Assembly (NCBI GenBank): GCA_944392175.1
Contig: CALXVT010000005.1
Span: 735 to 64,734, forward strand
Direction: 5' to 3'
DNA: 64,000 bases
DNA from: an uncultured Clostridia bacterium
Lineage (GTDB): Bacteria; Bacillota; Clostridia; TANB77; CAG-508
The notes under the pieces are model-generated. The model worked only from the letters and a program-made list of their open reading frames with translations. It was not told where the DNA came from and searched no databases. Of this stretch, positions 1-10,034 are shown one piece after another. Made by a program: the position numbers and the translations under genes. Numbering within the stretch: the stretch's first letter is position 1; each line of letters starts with the position of its first letter.

Positions 1-10
1 ATAATTTCAT
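1..10 (-). CDS. Extreme 5' end of a leftward gene that runs off the window (start codon only)
   Basis: The reverse complement of 1-30 reads aaaaaacGGAGGtaaatttaATGaaattat. This gives a GGAGG Shine-Dalgarno 8 nt upstream of an ATG at 10..8. No product can be called. Confidence 0.3.
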
Positions 11-137
11 TAAATTTACCTCCGTTTTTTACTAATTTATATTTTAACATAAATAAATTAAATTATAATAAAATAATTTACACAAACAAATATTTGTGGT
101 ATATTATCAAAAACAAATGTTTACAAAGGAGGAAAAA

Positions 138-1196
138 ATGAAGTTTGTACATATGGCAGATATGCATTTTGATAGTCCATTTACAAGTTTGTCCAGAATA
201 GAAGGGCTATCAGACACAAGACGACTAGAGCAAAGAAAAGTATTTAAAAATATAATAGAATATATAAATGAAAATAATATAGATTATTTATTTATCTCAG
301 GAGATTTATATGAAAATGAATATGTAAGATATAGTACTATAGAATATATAAATAATTTATTTAAAACAATTCCTAATACAAAAATATTTATAGCACCAGG
401 AAATCATGATCCATTTTTAATTAATTCATATTATGCAAAATATGAATGGAATGATAATGTATATATTTTTAAAAATAAATTAGAAATGATAAATTTAGAA
501 AATATAAATATATATGGATATGGATTTTCAAGATATTATTCAGATGGAATAGATTTAAATATTCCATTAGATAATGAAAAAATAAATATTTTAATTACAC
601 ATGGTGATTTAAATGCAAGTAAAAAAGGTGATGAACTATATGATCCCGTAGATAATAAAGATTTATTAAAATTTGATTATGTGGCATTAGGTCATATTCA
701 TAAACCAAAATATGATGATAAAATTGTATATCCAGGTTCACCAATATCTTTTGGATTTGATGAATTAGGAAAACATGGAATTATTACTGGAGAAATAAAT
801 AATAAAAAAATAAAAACAGAATTTATTCCATTAGATAATAGAGAATTTATAAAATTAAATTTTGATATTTCTGAAATTAATTCTCAAGAAGAATTAATAG
901 AAAAAATAAATGAATTAAAAATAAATAAAAATAATTTTTATGAATTAATATTTATTGGAAAAAGAAATTTTGAAATTAATTTATATAATATAAATAAATT
1001 AATAGAAAATAATAATATTTTAAAAATAAAAGATTTTTCAAAAATAAAATATGATTTAGAAAAAATAAAAAATGAAAATAATTTAAAAGGATTTTTTGTA
1101 AAAAATATTTTAGATAAAATAAATACATTGGAAACAGAAGAAGAAAAAGAAAAATATTTAAAAGCAATCGAAATAGGATTAGAAGCTTTAAATTAA
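138..1196 (+). CDS. Metallophosphoesterase, DNA-repair exonuclease SbcD/YhaO-like
   Basis: The ORF track gives 96..1196. An AAGGAGG RBS at 125-131 favours the ATG at 138. The N-terminus MKFVHMADMHFD, plus GDLYE, GNHD and GHIH motifs, is the calcineurin-like phosphoesterase signature. It is paired with a downstream SbcC-like ATPase. Confidence 0.85.
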   Translation: MKFVHMADMHFDSPFTSLSRIEGLSDTRRLEQRKVFKNIIEYINENNIDYLFISGDLYENEYVRYSTIEYINNLFKTIPNTKIFIAPGNHDPFLINSYYAKYEWNDNVYIFKNKLEMINLENINIYGYGFSRYYSDGIDLNIPLDNEKINILITHGDLNASKKGDELYDPVDNKDLLKFDYVALGHIHKPKYDDKIVYPGSPISFGFDELGKHGIITGEINNKKIKTEFIPLDNREFIKLNFDISEINSQEELIEKINELKINKNNFYELIFIGKRNFEINLYNINKLIENNNILKIKDFSKIKYDLEKIKNENNLKGFFVKNILDKINTLETEEEKEKYLKAIEIGLEALN

Positions 1197-1212
1197 TTTG
1201 GAGGAAATAAAC

Positions 1213-3087
1213 TTGAAGATAAAAGAATTAAATATAAATGGATTTGGAAAATTAAAAGATAAAAATATTAAATTTAATGAAGGCATAAATGTAATTATTG
1301 GAGAAAATGAAAGTGGTAAATCTACTTTATTAAAATTTATAACAAGTATATTTTATGGAATTTCAAAAAATAAAAGAGGAAAAAGTATCTTAGATTATGA
1401 AAAATTCAAACCATGGGATAGTGAAATATATTCTGGAAAAATAAAATATAAATTAGATAATAATAATGAATTTGAAGTATATCGTGATTTTAATAAAAAA
1501 AGTCCAGAAATATATAATAATTTTGGAGATGATATAACAGCTTTATTTAGTGTAGGAAAAAATAAGGAAATTCCATATTTTTATGAACAAACAAAAATAG
1601 ACGAGGATTTATTTGTAAATAGCACAGCCGTAATGCAAAACGATGTTAGAATAGATAAATTAACTCAAAATATGATAATTCAAAAAATATCTAATTTGGC
1701 TACGACTGGTGCAGATAATATTTCCTATAAAAAAAGTATAGAAAAATTAAATAAAAAACAATTAGAAGAAATAGGAACAGAAAGAAGTCAAGATAGACCA
1801 ATAAATAAAATAAATAATGAATTAATTAATTTAAAAAATGAAAAAAATAATTTAGAAGAAATTAATGATGAAAAATATGAAATAGAAAAAGAAATTAAAT
1901 TAATAAAAAATAATTTAAATAATTTAGAAAATGAAAATAATTTTTTGAATAAATTAAAAAAAATAAAAAATAATTATTTAATAGAAAATCAAAAAATAAA
2001 ATTAAATAAAGAATTAATTGAAGAAATAAATAATAAAATAAATAATTTAGAAAATGAAAAAGAAAAAATAAAAATTAAAAAAATTAATTTTGAAAAAATA
2101 AAAATAAATAAATATATTTTAATTAATTTATTTTTATTAATAATTATTTTTTTAATTAATTTATTTTTTAAAAATATTTATTTTAATTTTTTATATTTAA
2201 TTTTATTAATTCCATTTATTATTTATTTTTATAAAAAAATAAAAATAAATAATAAAAATAAAAAAATAATAGAAAATAATAAATTAGAAATAAATAAATT
2301 AAATAATGAAATTAATTTATTATTAGAAAATAAAAAAGAAAAAATAAAAGAATTAAATAATTTAGAAATTAATGAAGAAAATTATTTAAAAAAAGAATTA
2401 GAAAATAATTATAATGAAAAAATTAATTATTTAAATATTAATGAATTAAAAAATGATTTTTTAACAGAAAAAATAGAAAATAAATTATCTGAATTAAATA
2501 ATAAAATAAATGAAGAAAAATTAAAAATGCATAAATTAGATTTAGACGAAAAAAATATATTTAATAAAATAGATAATTTATCAAAAATAGAAGAAAGAAT
2601 TGAATATTTAAGTGAAGAATCTGAAGAATTAAAAAATAAAAGTGAGATTATAGAAATAGCAAAAGAATATTTAAATCTTTCATATAAACAAATGAAAGAA
2701 AATGTTACTCCTACATTTTCAAAAGAATTGTCAAATACAATTTATGAAATATCAAACGGAAAATATAAAAATGTAAAAATAACAGATAATGATATTGTGG
2801 TAGAAGTTAAAAATGGAAAATATATTCCAATAGATTTATTAAGCACAGGTACAATAGATCAATTATATTTTTCTTTAAGAATGGCTATATTAAAAGAAGT
2901 ATCTGAAGAAGAATTACCAATTTTCTTAGATGAAGCTTTTGTATTTTATGATAAAAATAGATTAATAAATACAATTAATTATTTATCCGAAAATTTAAAT
3001 AAACAAATAATTATTTTTTCTTGTACAGAAAGAGAATTAAATATATTAAATAAATTAAATATAAAATATAATTTAATAAAATTATAA
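1213..3087 (+). CDS. AAA/SMC-like ATPase, YhaN/SbcC-like, with a long N/K/I/E-rich coiled coil and a hydrophobic hairpin in the middle
   Basis: The ORF is open from 1198. GGAGGA at 1200-1205 favours the TTG at 1213. A Walker A motif GENESGKST lies near the N-terminus. The C-terminus has LSTGTIDQLYFSLRMA (ABC signature-like) and IFLDEAF (Walker B). Confidence 0.8.
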   Translation: MKIKELNINGFGKLKDKNIKFNEGINVIIGENESGKSTLLKFITSIFYGISKNKRGKSILDYEKFKPWDSEIYSGKIKYKLDNNNEFEVYRDFNKKSPEIYNNFGDDITALFSVGKNKEIPYFYEQTKIDEDLFVNSTAVMQNDVRIDKLTQNMIIQKISNLATTGADNISYKKSIEKLNKKQLEEIGTERSQDRPINKINNELINLKNEKNNLEEINDEKYEIEKEIKLIKNNLNNLENENNFLNKLKKIKNNYLIENQKIKLNKELIEEINNKINNLENEKEKIKIKKINFEKIKINKYILINLFLLIIIFLINLFFKNIYFNFLYLILLIPFIIYFYKKIKINNKNKKIIENNKLEINKLNNEINLLLENKKEKIKELNNLEINEENYLKKELENNYNEKINYLNINELKNDFLTEKIENKLSELNNKINEEKLKMHKLDLDEKNIFNKIDNLSKIEERIEYLSEESEELKNKSEIIEIAKEYLNLSYKQMKENVTPTFSKELSNTIYEISNGKYKNVKITDNDIVVEVKNGKYIPIDLLSTGTIDQLYFSLRMAILKEVSEEELPIFLDEAFVFYDKNRLINTINYLSENLNKQIIIFSCTERELNILNKLNIKYNLIKL

Positions 3088-3091
3088 TACT

Positions 3092-3120
3092 AAATACTGC
3101 TAATAATTTTAGCAGTATTT
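3092..3120 (+). terminator. Hairpin terminator after the ATPase gene
   Basis: A perfect 11-bp stem pairs aaatactgcta with tagcagtattt around a 7-nt loop. The U-tract is weak. Confidence 0.5.
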
Positions 3121-3365
3121 AATTTGCTTAAATAAAAAATAATTCTTTATAATTTAAATTATGACAATAGCTTGTAATTTCTACGGATATATAATAAAAT
3201 AGCAAATGAAAATAGAAATAAAAAAGCACAAAAGAAAAAAATTATAATAAAGATATCACAAATTGTAAAAAACTTTTTTAATATACATTCCTTAAAATGA
3301 CAAAAAAAGTTAATACAATATATTAAAATAACAAATATATTAAAGAAGTTATGAGGTGGTAAAGG

Positions 3366-5849
3366 ATGTTTCAAAATATAAACATAGAGAATAATTACAT
3401 AAATGATAATGATACAAGGAATAGACAAATTAAACAAAATTTTATTAAAGAGAATTTCTCGAAGCAAAATATTATATTATATATAATTTCATTTATGGTA
3501 TCAATGGTACAATTCGGGAATGGTTTAGCGCCATTTGCAATAGCGATTATAGCAGCTATGCTTAGTAATAATATTCCTATAATAATTACATATTTACTTA
3601 CTTGCATAGGAACTTGTATCGGATTTGGCGGTTCAGGCTTACTTACATATATATTAACCAGTTTAATATTAGTAGTATTTTCAATATTTTTAAGACCTAA
3701 AATAGATGAAGCTACAGATCAAAAAAATTTAACTCCACATTTAATAGTTTCATGTTTTATTGTACAGGTATTAAAAATTATAATGGGACCAGTTCTTATA
3801 TATGATATTTTAGTAGCAATTGTTTATACAATAATAACAGTAGTATTTTATAAGATATTTTTAAATTCTGTTTTAGTAATAAAAGAATCTAGAATAAAAA
3901 AAGCATTTTCAATAGAAGAAATAATTGGGACAAGTTTATTAGTTGCAATTGCAGTATCAGCATTTAAGGATTTAACGATTTTTAATTATTCAATTAGAAA
4001 TATATTAAGTGTTTTTATAGTTTTATTTTTAGGATGGCAAAATGGAATTTTAGTTGGTGCAACATCAGGAGTAATTATAGGTTCTGTTTTATCAGTAATA
4101 CAGAATGGGGATCCAATATTAATTGCAGCATTTGCAATATCTGGAATGATTGCAGGTTTATTAAATAAAATAGGAAAAATAGGTGTAATACTTGGATTTA
4201 TAATAGGTACAGTAATATTAAATTATGTAGCTAACGGAAATACAACTTCAGTAATAATGATACAAGAAATATTAATTGCTGCTATTGGATTACTTGCAAT
4301 GCCAAAGAATATAAAAATTAATATAGAAGATATGTTTGATCATTATAAATATTTACCAAAAGCACCTACAAATAGATTAGAAACAAGTACTGATACAGCA
4401 TATAAATTAAATAATGTATCAAATGCCATTTCAGAAGTAGCCAAAACATATAAAGAGGCTGCAGCAACAATATTAGAAGATGAGGAAATTGAGGAAGAAA
4501 GAAATAAAGAAATATTTGTTACAGAATTAGAAAATAATATTGCAGATTTAAAAGACAATGTAATTTATGATGATTTAATAAATGAAGATTCACCAATTAT
4601 AGATGATATTTTTAAATTTTTAATAAATAATAATGAAATAACAGTTAATGATTTATTAAAAATTTTTGAAAAACATAATAATTATATTTTGGGATTTGAT
4701 GATTCTGAATTAAGTAAAAAATTAACACAAGAAATAGAAAAAATGGTTAAGGCAATAAATTCATCATATAGAATTAGTAAATTAAATTTTATTTGGAAAA
4801 AAAGAATAATAGAAAATAAAGAAGCTATGGGGACACAGCTAGATGGAATATCAAAAACAATTTCTGACATAGCAGATGGAATAAATAATAATATACAAGA
4901 AAATAATATTTCAGAAAAAGAGAAGATTATCAAATTATTAGAACAAAAAAATATAACTACAAAAGAAATTAATATAAAAAAAGAAAAAAATGGAAAATTA
5001 GAAATTACTATTTATATAAATCCATGCAATGAATATGAAGATAAAGAAGTATTAGAAGTGGAAGAATGTTTGTCAGATAAAATAAAGCCGATACTTTCTA
5101 AATTTTTTAAACAAGAATTAGAAATTCAATCAGTAGATTGTGCTATGCAAAATGATGAAAAAATATGTTGTTTTAAATATATAAGTCAAAACAAGTATAC
5201 TTTACAATATGGAATTGCCAAGAAAACAAAAAATGGTAGTCCAGTAAGTGGTGATACTACATTAAAAATGAAATTACAAGATGGTAAGCAATTAGTGGCA
5301 ATAAGTGATGGAATGGGTTCAGGACCTAATGCAAGAAAAAGTAGCCGAATTGCTACGCAAATGCTAAAAAGATTGTTAGCATCTGGATTTAATAAAGAAA
5401 CATCTTTAGATATAATAAATTCAAATATGTGTCTAAATTCAGAAGATGATTCATATGCTACATTAGATATAGCAATATTTGATTTGTTTGAAGGAAATGT
5501 AGAATTCATAAAAAATGGAGCATCACCAACATATATAAAGAATAGAAGACATGTAGATATTATAAAAAATTTAACATTACCAGCTGGAATATTAAAAGAT
5601 ATTGATTTAAAAATATCTGATAGGGATTTAGAGGAAAATGAAATACTAGTAATGTGCAGTGATGGTATAATTGAATCAAATGCAGAATATGAAAACAAAG
5701 AATTATGGATTAAATATTTATTAGAAGAAATGGAAACAGATAATCCTCAAAAAATAGCGGATATAATACTTGCGGAAGCTGTAGATAACAACTATGGCAT
5801 ACCAAAAGATGATATGACAGTAGTAGTAGTTAAACTAGAAAAAAATTAA
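3366..5849 (+). CDS. spoIIE: Stage II sporulation protein E (membrane PP2C phosphatase)
   Basis: The product is 827 aa with roughly ten N-terminal hydrophobic segments and a central linker. The C-terminal PP2C domain has VAISDGMGSGPNARKSS and LVMCSDG motifs. An RBS GAGGTGG lies upstream. Confidence 0.9.
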   Translation: MFQNINIENNYINDNDTRNRQIKQNFIKENFSKQNIILYIISFMVSMVQFGNGLAPFAIAIIAAMLSNNIPIIITYLLTCIGTCIGFGGSGLLTYILTSLILVVFSIFLRPKIDEATDQKNLTPHLIVSCFIVQVLKIIMGPVLIYDILVAIVYTIITVVFYKIFLNSVLVIKESRIKKAFSIEEIIGTSLLVAIAVSAFKDLTIFNYSIRNILSVFIVLFLGWQNGILVGATSGVIIGSVLSVIQNGDPILIAAFAISGMIAGLLNKIGKIGVILGFIIGTVILNYVANGNTTSVIMIQEILIAAIGLLAMPKNIKINIEDMFDHYKYLPKAPTNRLETSTDTAYKLNNVSNAISEVAKTYKEAAATILEDEEIEEERNKEIFVTELENNIADLKDNVIYDDLINEDSPIIDDIFKFLINNNEITVNDLLKIFEKHNNYILGFDDSELSKKLTQEIEKMVKAINSSYRISKLNFIWKKRIIENKEAMGTQLDGISKTISDIADGINNNIQENNISEKEKIIKLLEQKNITTKEINIKKEKNGKLEITIYINPCNEYEDKEVLEVEECLSDKIKPILSKFFKQELEIQSVDCAMQNDEKICCFKYISQNKYTLQYGIAKKTKNGSPVSGDTTLKMKLQDGKQLVAISDGMGSGPNARKSSRIATQMLKRLLASGFNKETSLDIINSNMCLNSEDDSYATLDIAIFDLFEGNVEFIKNGASPTYIKNRRHVDIIKNLTLPAGILKDIDLKISDRDLEENEILVMCSDGIIESNAEYENKELWIKYLLEEMETDNPQKIADIILAEAVDNNYGIPKDDMTVVVVKLEKN

Positions 5850-5854
5850 GAACA

Positions 5855-5883
5855 AAAAAGTACATTTACGATGTACTTTTTTT
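5855..5883 (+). terminator. Rho-independent terminator after spoIIE
   Basis: The stem pairs aaaaagtacat with atgtacttttt around a 5-nt loop, followed by a T-run. Confidence 0.75.
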
Positions 5884-5964
5884 ATGTTTATATTGTAATT
5901 TGTTGTAGAAATATGATATTATGTATGTGTAAAAAAACGAATTAATTCTTACGGAGGAAATGAA

Positions 5965-7485
5965 ATGGGAAGAGGAAAAAGATATAACGGGGAAGCAAAA
6001 TTAAACATGAAAAAAGTCTTTGCTGTAATAATAGCATTAGTAGTTATAATCATGTTCATTTTTATTATATATAAATTAGTCGCTAATGGACAAGGAACAC
6101 GTATGACTAGCGTATATTATTTTACAGCATTAGAAGATAATAAATATGGAGTAATTAATAATAAAGGTGAAACAATAATAGATCCTTCATATCAAGAATA
6201 TATAGTTATTCCAAATAGCGGAAAAGATATTTTCTTATGTACATATGATGTAGACTATGATAATAACACCTACAAAACTAAAGCGTTAAATTCAAAAAAT
6301 GAGGAAATATTTACAGATTATTCACAAATAGAAGCTATATCTAATTATGATGAAAATAACAATATAACATATGAACAAAATGCTTTAAAAGTACAAAAAG
6401 ATGGAAAATATGGAATAATAGATATAAATGGAAATGAATTATTGCCATGTGAATATGATGAGTTATATTCTTTAAAAAATACAGATAATAGTATAATAAT
6501 TGAAAAAGATGGAAAAAAAGGTTTAGTTGATAGTACTGGTAAAAAAGTAATAGATACAACATATAAAGATATATTACCTTTAGGAGATGACTATAAATTA
6601 GGATATATAGTTGTAGACGAAGATAATAATTATGGTGTTGTAGATTGTAATAATCAAGAAGTTTTAGAACCAAAATACGAAGATATTAAATCTATGACAG
6701 ATAATGGAAAATATATTGTTAAAGAAAAAAATAATTGGGAACTTGTTAATAAAGACGGAACTGTTAATGAAATAAAAGCATTAGAAAATGCCGATGATGT
6801 AACAGGACTTAAATTAGGGAATATAATTATTAAGGAAAATAATAAGTTTGGTGTTATTAATCAAAATGGAGATGAAATAGTTTCAACAGATTATGATGAT
6901 GTAAAATTTGCTTTTACAGATACATTTATTGTTAAAAAGGATGGAAAATATGGATTGGCAAATTCCGAAAATAAAATTGTAATAGATCCTATATATGAAA
7001 CAATGAATTACATAGAATCAGCAGATTTAGTCGAAGCATCAGAAGATGGAATTACATCTAACTTAATAGATAGTAGTTTAGAAACAAAATTATCAGGAAT
7101 AGTTTCTGAAATTAATACAAATAAAAGTTATATAAAAATAAGAGTTGATGATGAAGATAAATATTATAACTATAGATTTGAAGAACAATCTGAAAAAGAT
7201 ATTAATACATCAAATACTTTATTTTTAACAAAACAAAATGATAAATATGGATTTGTAGATAAAGATGGAAAAGAAGTAGTAGAATGCATATATGATGATG
7301 CAAAAACACAAAATGCATATGGTTATGCTGCTGTTCAAAAAGATGGAAAATGGGGAGCAATTGACCAAACAGGTAAAGTTGTAGTAGAACCAACATATGA
7401 TTTATCAGATAGCATGCAAATAGACTTTATAGGAGAATGGCATTTAGGAAATATAGATTCAAATGCAACATACTATACAAAATAA
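5965..7485 (+). CDS. WG (KWG-type) repeat-containing protein with N-terminal membrane anchor
   Basis: It contains many units of the form KDGKYG(I/V/L)(I/V)D..G..(I/V/L)(I/V/L)P.YD (DNKYGVINNKGE, KDGKYGIIDINGNE, KDGKKGLVDSTGK, KDGKWGAIDQTGK). There is one N-terminal TM segment. GGAGGA lies 6 nt upstream of the ATG. Confidence 0.75.
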   Translation: MGRGKRYNGEAKLNMKKVFAVIIALVVIIMFIFIIYKLVANGQGTRMTSVYYFTALEDNKYGVINNKGETIIDPSYQEYIVIPNSGKDIFLCTYDVDYDNNTYKTKALNSKNEEIFTDYSQIEAISNYDENNNITYEQNALKVQKDGKYGIIDINGNELLPCEYDELYSLKNTDNSIIIEKDGKKGLVDSTGKKVIDTTYKDILPLGDDYKLGYIVVDEDNNYGVVDCNNQEVLEPKYEDIKSMTDNGKYIVKEKNNWELVNKDGTVNEIKALENADDVTGLKLGNIIIKENNKFGVINQNGDEIVSTDYDDVKFAFTDTFIVKKDGKYGLANSENKIVIDPIYETMNYIESADLVEASEDGITSNLIDSSLETKLSGIVSEINTNKSYIKIRVDDEDKYYNYRFEEQSEKDINTSNTLFLTKQNDKYGFVDKDGKEVVECIYDDAKTQNAYGYAAVQKDGKWGAIDQTGKVVVEPTYDLSDSMQIDFIGEWHLGNIDSNATYYTK

Positions 7486-7503
7486 ACAAAAGAAGGAGTA
7501 TAA

Positions 7504-8748
7504 ATGGAACTAAAGACGAGATATCAATATACGTATTTTATATATCCGTATATTATAGAAAAATGGAAATATTCTAAATATATTCAAAAATTATTAAAAA
7601 ATAAAAATTGTACTCTTAGATTATTTGAAAAGCAAAAGGATTTGGATATTTATAACAAATTTTTACCAAAAGCAAGAAAATTCATGTTTCCAACTTTTGA
7701 ATTTTCAGATAATAAAAGAAAGAAATTTGAGGAATTAGATGTAGGAATGAAAGCAACTATACTTCAAAAATATCCTTGTTCAATTTTTGAATATAGTTTA
7801 GAGAATAATATACAAGGAAAAGCAGGCAGATCAGAAGGTATTTTCTTCAGAATAGAAAAAATAGAGATAATATGCTTTAATACAGGAGAATGCTTTATTC
7901 TATTAAAAACGATGATAGAAGATTCCAATAATTTTGAAGATGTATTAAATTTTAATTATAAATTTAAAGATATAAAGTCAGAATTTATATCTATGAAGCA
8001 ATTTGACAATATAAAAATACAAGCTGATAAGTTCTCAAGTATAAAAAAATTAACAGAATTTATAGAAGAATTAGCTGGGGGAGAGTTAAAGAAAAATAGT
8101 AATATTACAGAAACTAATAAATTTTTAACTTTTTCATATACGTGTGTTGATCAAAATTGTTGGAATAAAACAATAGAATTCGACGATATTAAGCATCAGT
8201 TTTATAAATATATAAATGTATTGCCTAATAACTATAATTTAAATGTAGAGCTTAGCAATAAAGATAAGAAAACAGCTATTATGGATAAATGGGAATATAT
8301 AAAGATTGGATTTTCTAAACAAACGACTGCAATCCTAACATCTGGAATAGATACATTTAATTATACAAAGCTTCCTTTCTTATATGAGAATGTATATATT
8401 TATATGTATGTATTAGAATTATATAAAAAAATATTTATACAAAAAATGACAGAAAAATACAAAATGACAACAGCTTATAAAAAAATAAGAAAAGAATTTT
8501 TAGAATTTACACAAAACATATGGCTACAAGATATTACAAATGATGATATTGGAAGTTTATTATGTAATAGTTGGTCATTAAATTTAGAATTAGATAAAGC
8601 ATATTGGAAATTAAAAAATGAATACGATATTTTATATAAAGAAAGCAATATAGAGAAAACAGCTAAGACAAATAAAATAATCTTGATAATTTTACTAGTT
8701 TCACTGGGATTAAACATAATAAACTTTATAAATTTATTTTGGAAATAG
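7504..8748 (+). CDS. Hypothetical protein with a single C-terminal TM helix
   Basis: This is a 414-aa ORF with an AAGGAG RBS and codon usage like its neighbours. The C-terminus KIILIILLVSLGLNIINFINLFW is hydrophobic. I recognise no family. Confidence 0.6.
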   Translation: MELKTRYQYTYFIYPYIIEKWKYSKYIQKLLKNKNCTLRLFEKQKDLDIYNKFLPKARKFMFPTFEFSDNKRKKFEELDVGMKATILQKYPCSIFEYSLENNIQGKAGRSEGIFFRIEKIEIICFNTGECFILLKTMIEDSNNFEDVLNFNYKFKDIKSEFISMKQFDNIKIQADKFSSIKKLTEFIEELAGGELKKNSNITETNKFLTFSYTCVDQNCWNKTIEFDDIKHQFYKYINVLPNNYNLNVELSNKDKKTAIMDKWEYIKIGFSKQTTAILTSGIDTFNYTKLPFLYENVYIYMYVLELYKKIFIQKMTEKYKMTTAYKKIRKEFLEFTQNIWLQDITNDDIGSLLCNSWSLNLELDKAYWKLKNEYDILYKESNIEKTAKTNKIILIILLVSLGLNIINFINLFWK

Positions 8749-8838
8749 GGAATGACCCTTTTTCCTTTTTTATTACGTAGGAAAAATATTCAGAATTTTA
8801 CGTATACAACAATAAAAATTCCCTAAAGGAGAGAAAAA

Positions 8839-9213
8839 ATGATTAGATGTGGTACTGATATTATAGAAGTTGAAAGAATTAAAGATGGAATAGAAAATAT
8901 AGGAGATAAATTTTTAAATAGAATTTATACTGAAAAAGAAATTGAATACTGTAATAGTAAAAAAGTACAAAAACATCAAAGCTTTGCAGGTAGATTTGCT
9001 GCTAAAGAAGCGATTTTCAAGGCTTTAACGGATGTAATAGAAAATAAGTATAAAATTGAATGGAAGGACTTTGAAATAGTGAATAATGCAGAAGGAAAAC
9101 CATTAGTAATAATTAATAATGAAAATATAAAGAATAGGATTAAAGACATAGATATAAGTATTTCACATTGTAAAAGCTATGCACAGGCAGTATGCATTGC
9201 AGAGATTATGTAG
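8839..9213 (+). CDS. acpS: Holo-[acyl-carrier-protein] synthase
   Basis: The 124-aa product has GTDIIEVERI at the N-terminus, a FAAKEA motif and a SISH motif, as in AcpS 4'-phosphopantetheinyl transferases. Confidence 0.9.
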   Translation: MIRCGTDIIEVERIKDGIENIGDKFLNRIYTEKEIEYCNSKKVQKHQSFAGRFAAKEAIFKALTDVIENKYKIEWKDFEIVNNAEGKPLVIINNENIKNRIKDIDISISHCKSYAQAVCIAEIM

Positions 9214-9222
9214 GAGGATGTT

Positions 9223-10002
9223 ATGAAATTATTTGATACACATTGCCATTTGGATGATGAGAGATTTAATGAAGATAGAGAAGAACTTATAGAAAATTTA
9301 AGAAAAGATGGTGTAGATAGACTTGTGACAGCTGGATATAGCCTAGAAGGATCAAAAAGAGCTATAGAATTAAGTAAAAAATATGATTTTATATATGCTA
9401 CGATTGGGATTTCTCCAAATGATGTTCCAGAAACAATGGAAGAATTAGACAAAGAATTAAAAGTAATCGAAGAAATATATAAAAACGATGAAAAGATTGT
9501 AGCCGTAGGAGAGATTGGACTCGACTATCACTGGAACACAGAAAATAAAGATATACAAAAAAAAGCTTTTATAAAACAAATTGAATTAGCCAACAAATTA
9601 AATCTGCCAATTCAAATTCATACTAGAGATGCTGTAATGGATACTTTAGAAATATTAAAAAATCATTCGGTGAATAAAAAGGGGATTTTTCATTGTTGTC
9701 CATTTAATAGAGAATTAGTTAAAGAAGGACTTAAGCTTGGATTTTACATATCTTTTGCTGGTCCTACAACATTTAAAAATTCTAAAAATGCTTCAGAAAT
9801 AATACAGCTTGTACCTGATGATAAAATGCTGGTAGAAACTGATAGTCCATATTTATCGCCAGAGCCATTTAGAGGAAAAAGAAATGATCCTAGAAATGTA
9901 CAATATATTATTAAAAAAATAGCAGAAGTTAAGGAAAAAAGTTTTGAAGATATAGAAAAAATAGTTTATGAAAATGCAAATAGAATATTTGATATAAATT
10001 AA
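9223..10002 (+). CDS. tatD: TatD family metal-dependent DNase/hydrolase
   Basis: The product is 259 aa. It has MKLFDTHCHLDDERF, GEIGLDYHW, IHTRDA and ETDSPYL motifs. Confidence 0.9.
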   Translation: MKLFDTHCHLDDERFNEDREELIENLRKDGVDRLVTAGYSLEGSKRAIELSKKYDFIYATIGISPNDVPETMEELDKELKVIEEIYKNDEKIVAVGEIGLDYHWNTENKDIQKKAFIKQIELANKLNLPIQIHTRDAVMDTLEILKNHSVNKKGIFHCCPFNRELVKEGLKLGFYISFAGPTTFKNSKNASEIIQLVPDDKMLVETDSPYLSPEPFRGKRNDPRNVQYIIKKIAEVKEKSFEDIEKIVYENANRIFDIN

Positions 10003-10005
10003 ATG

Positions 10006-10034
10006 AAAATAGACGTCTGTACGACGTCTATTTT
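10006..10034. terminator. Bidirectional hairpin between convergent tatD and htpX
   Basis: A perfect 12-bp stem pairs aaaatagacgtc with gacgtctatttt. It is flanked by A-runs and T-runs on both sides. Confidence 0.7.

Noticed and set aside
3159-3607. Minus-strand ORFs 3159..3467 and 3395..3607 upstream of and overlapping the spoIIE start
   Set aside because: They are hydrophobic, low-complexity products of AT-rich sequence with no RBS. They overlap the spoIIE promoter and 5' end.
5186-5698. A 170-aa minus-strand ORF, together with 4343..4558 and 4682..4933
   Set aside because: They are antisense to the well-conserved PP2C domain of SpoIIE and have no independent support.
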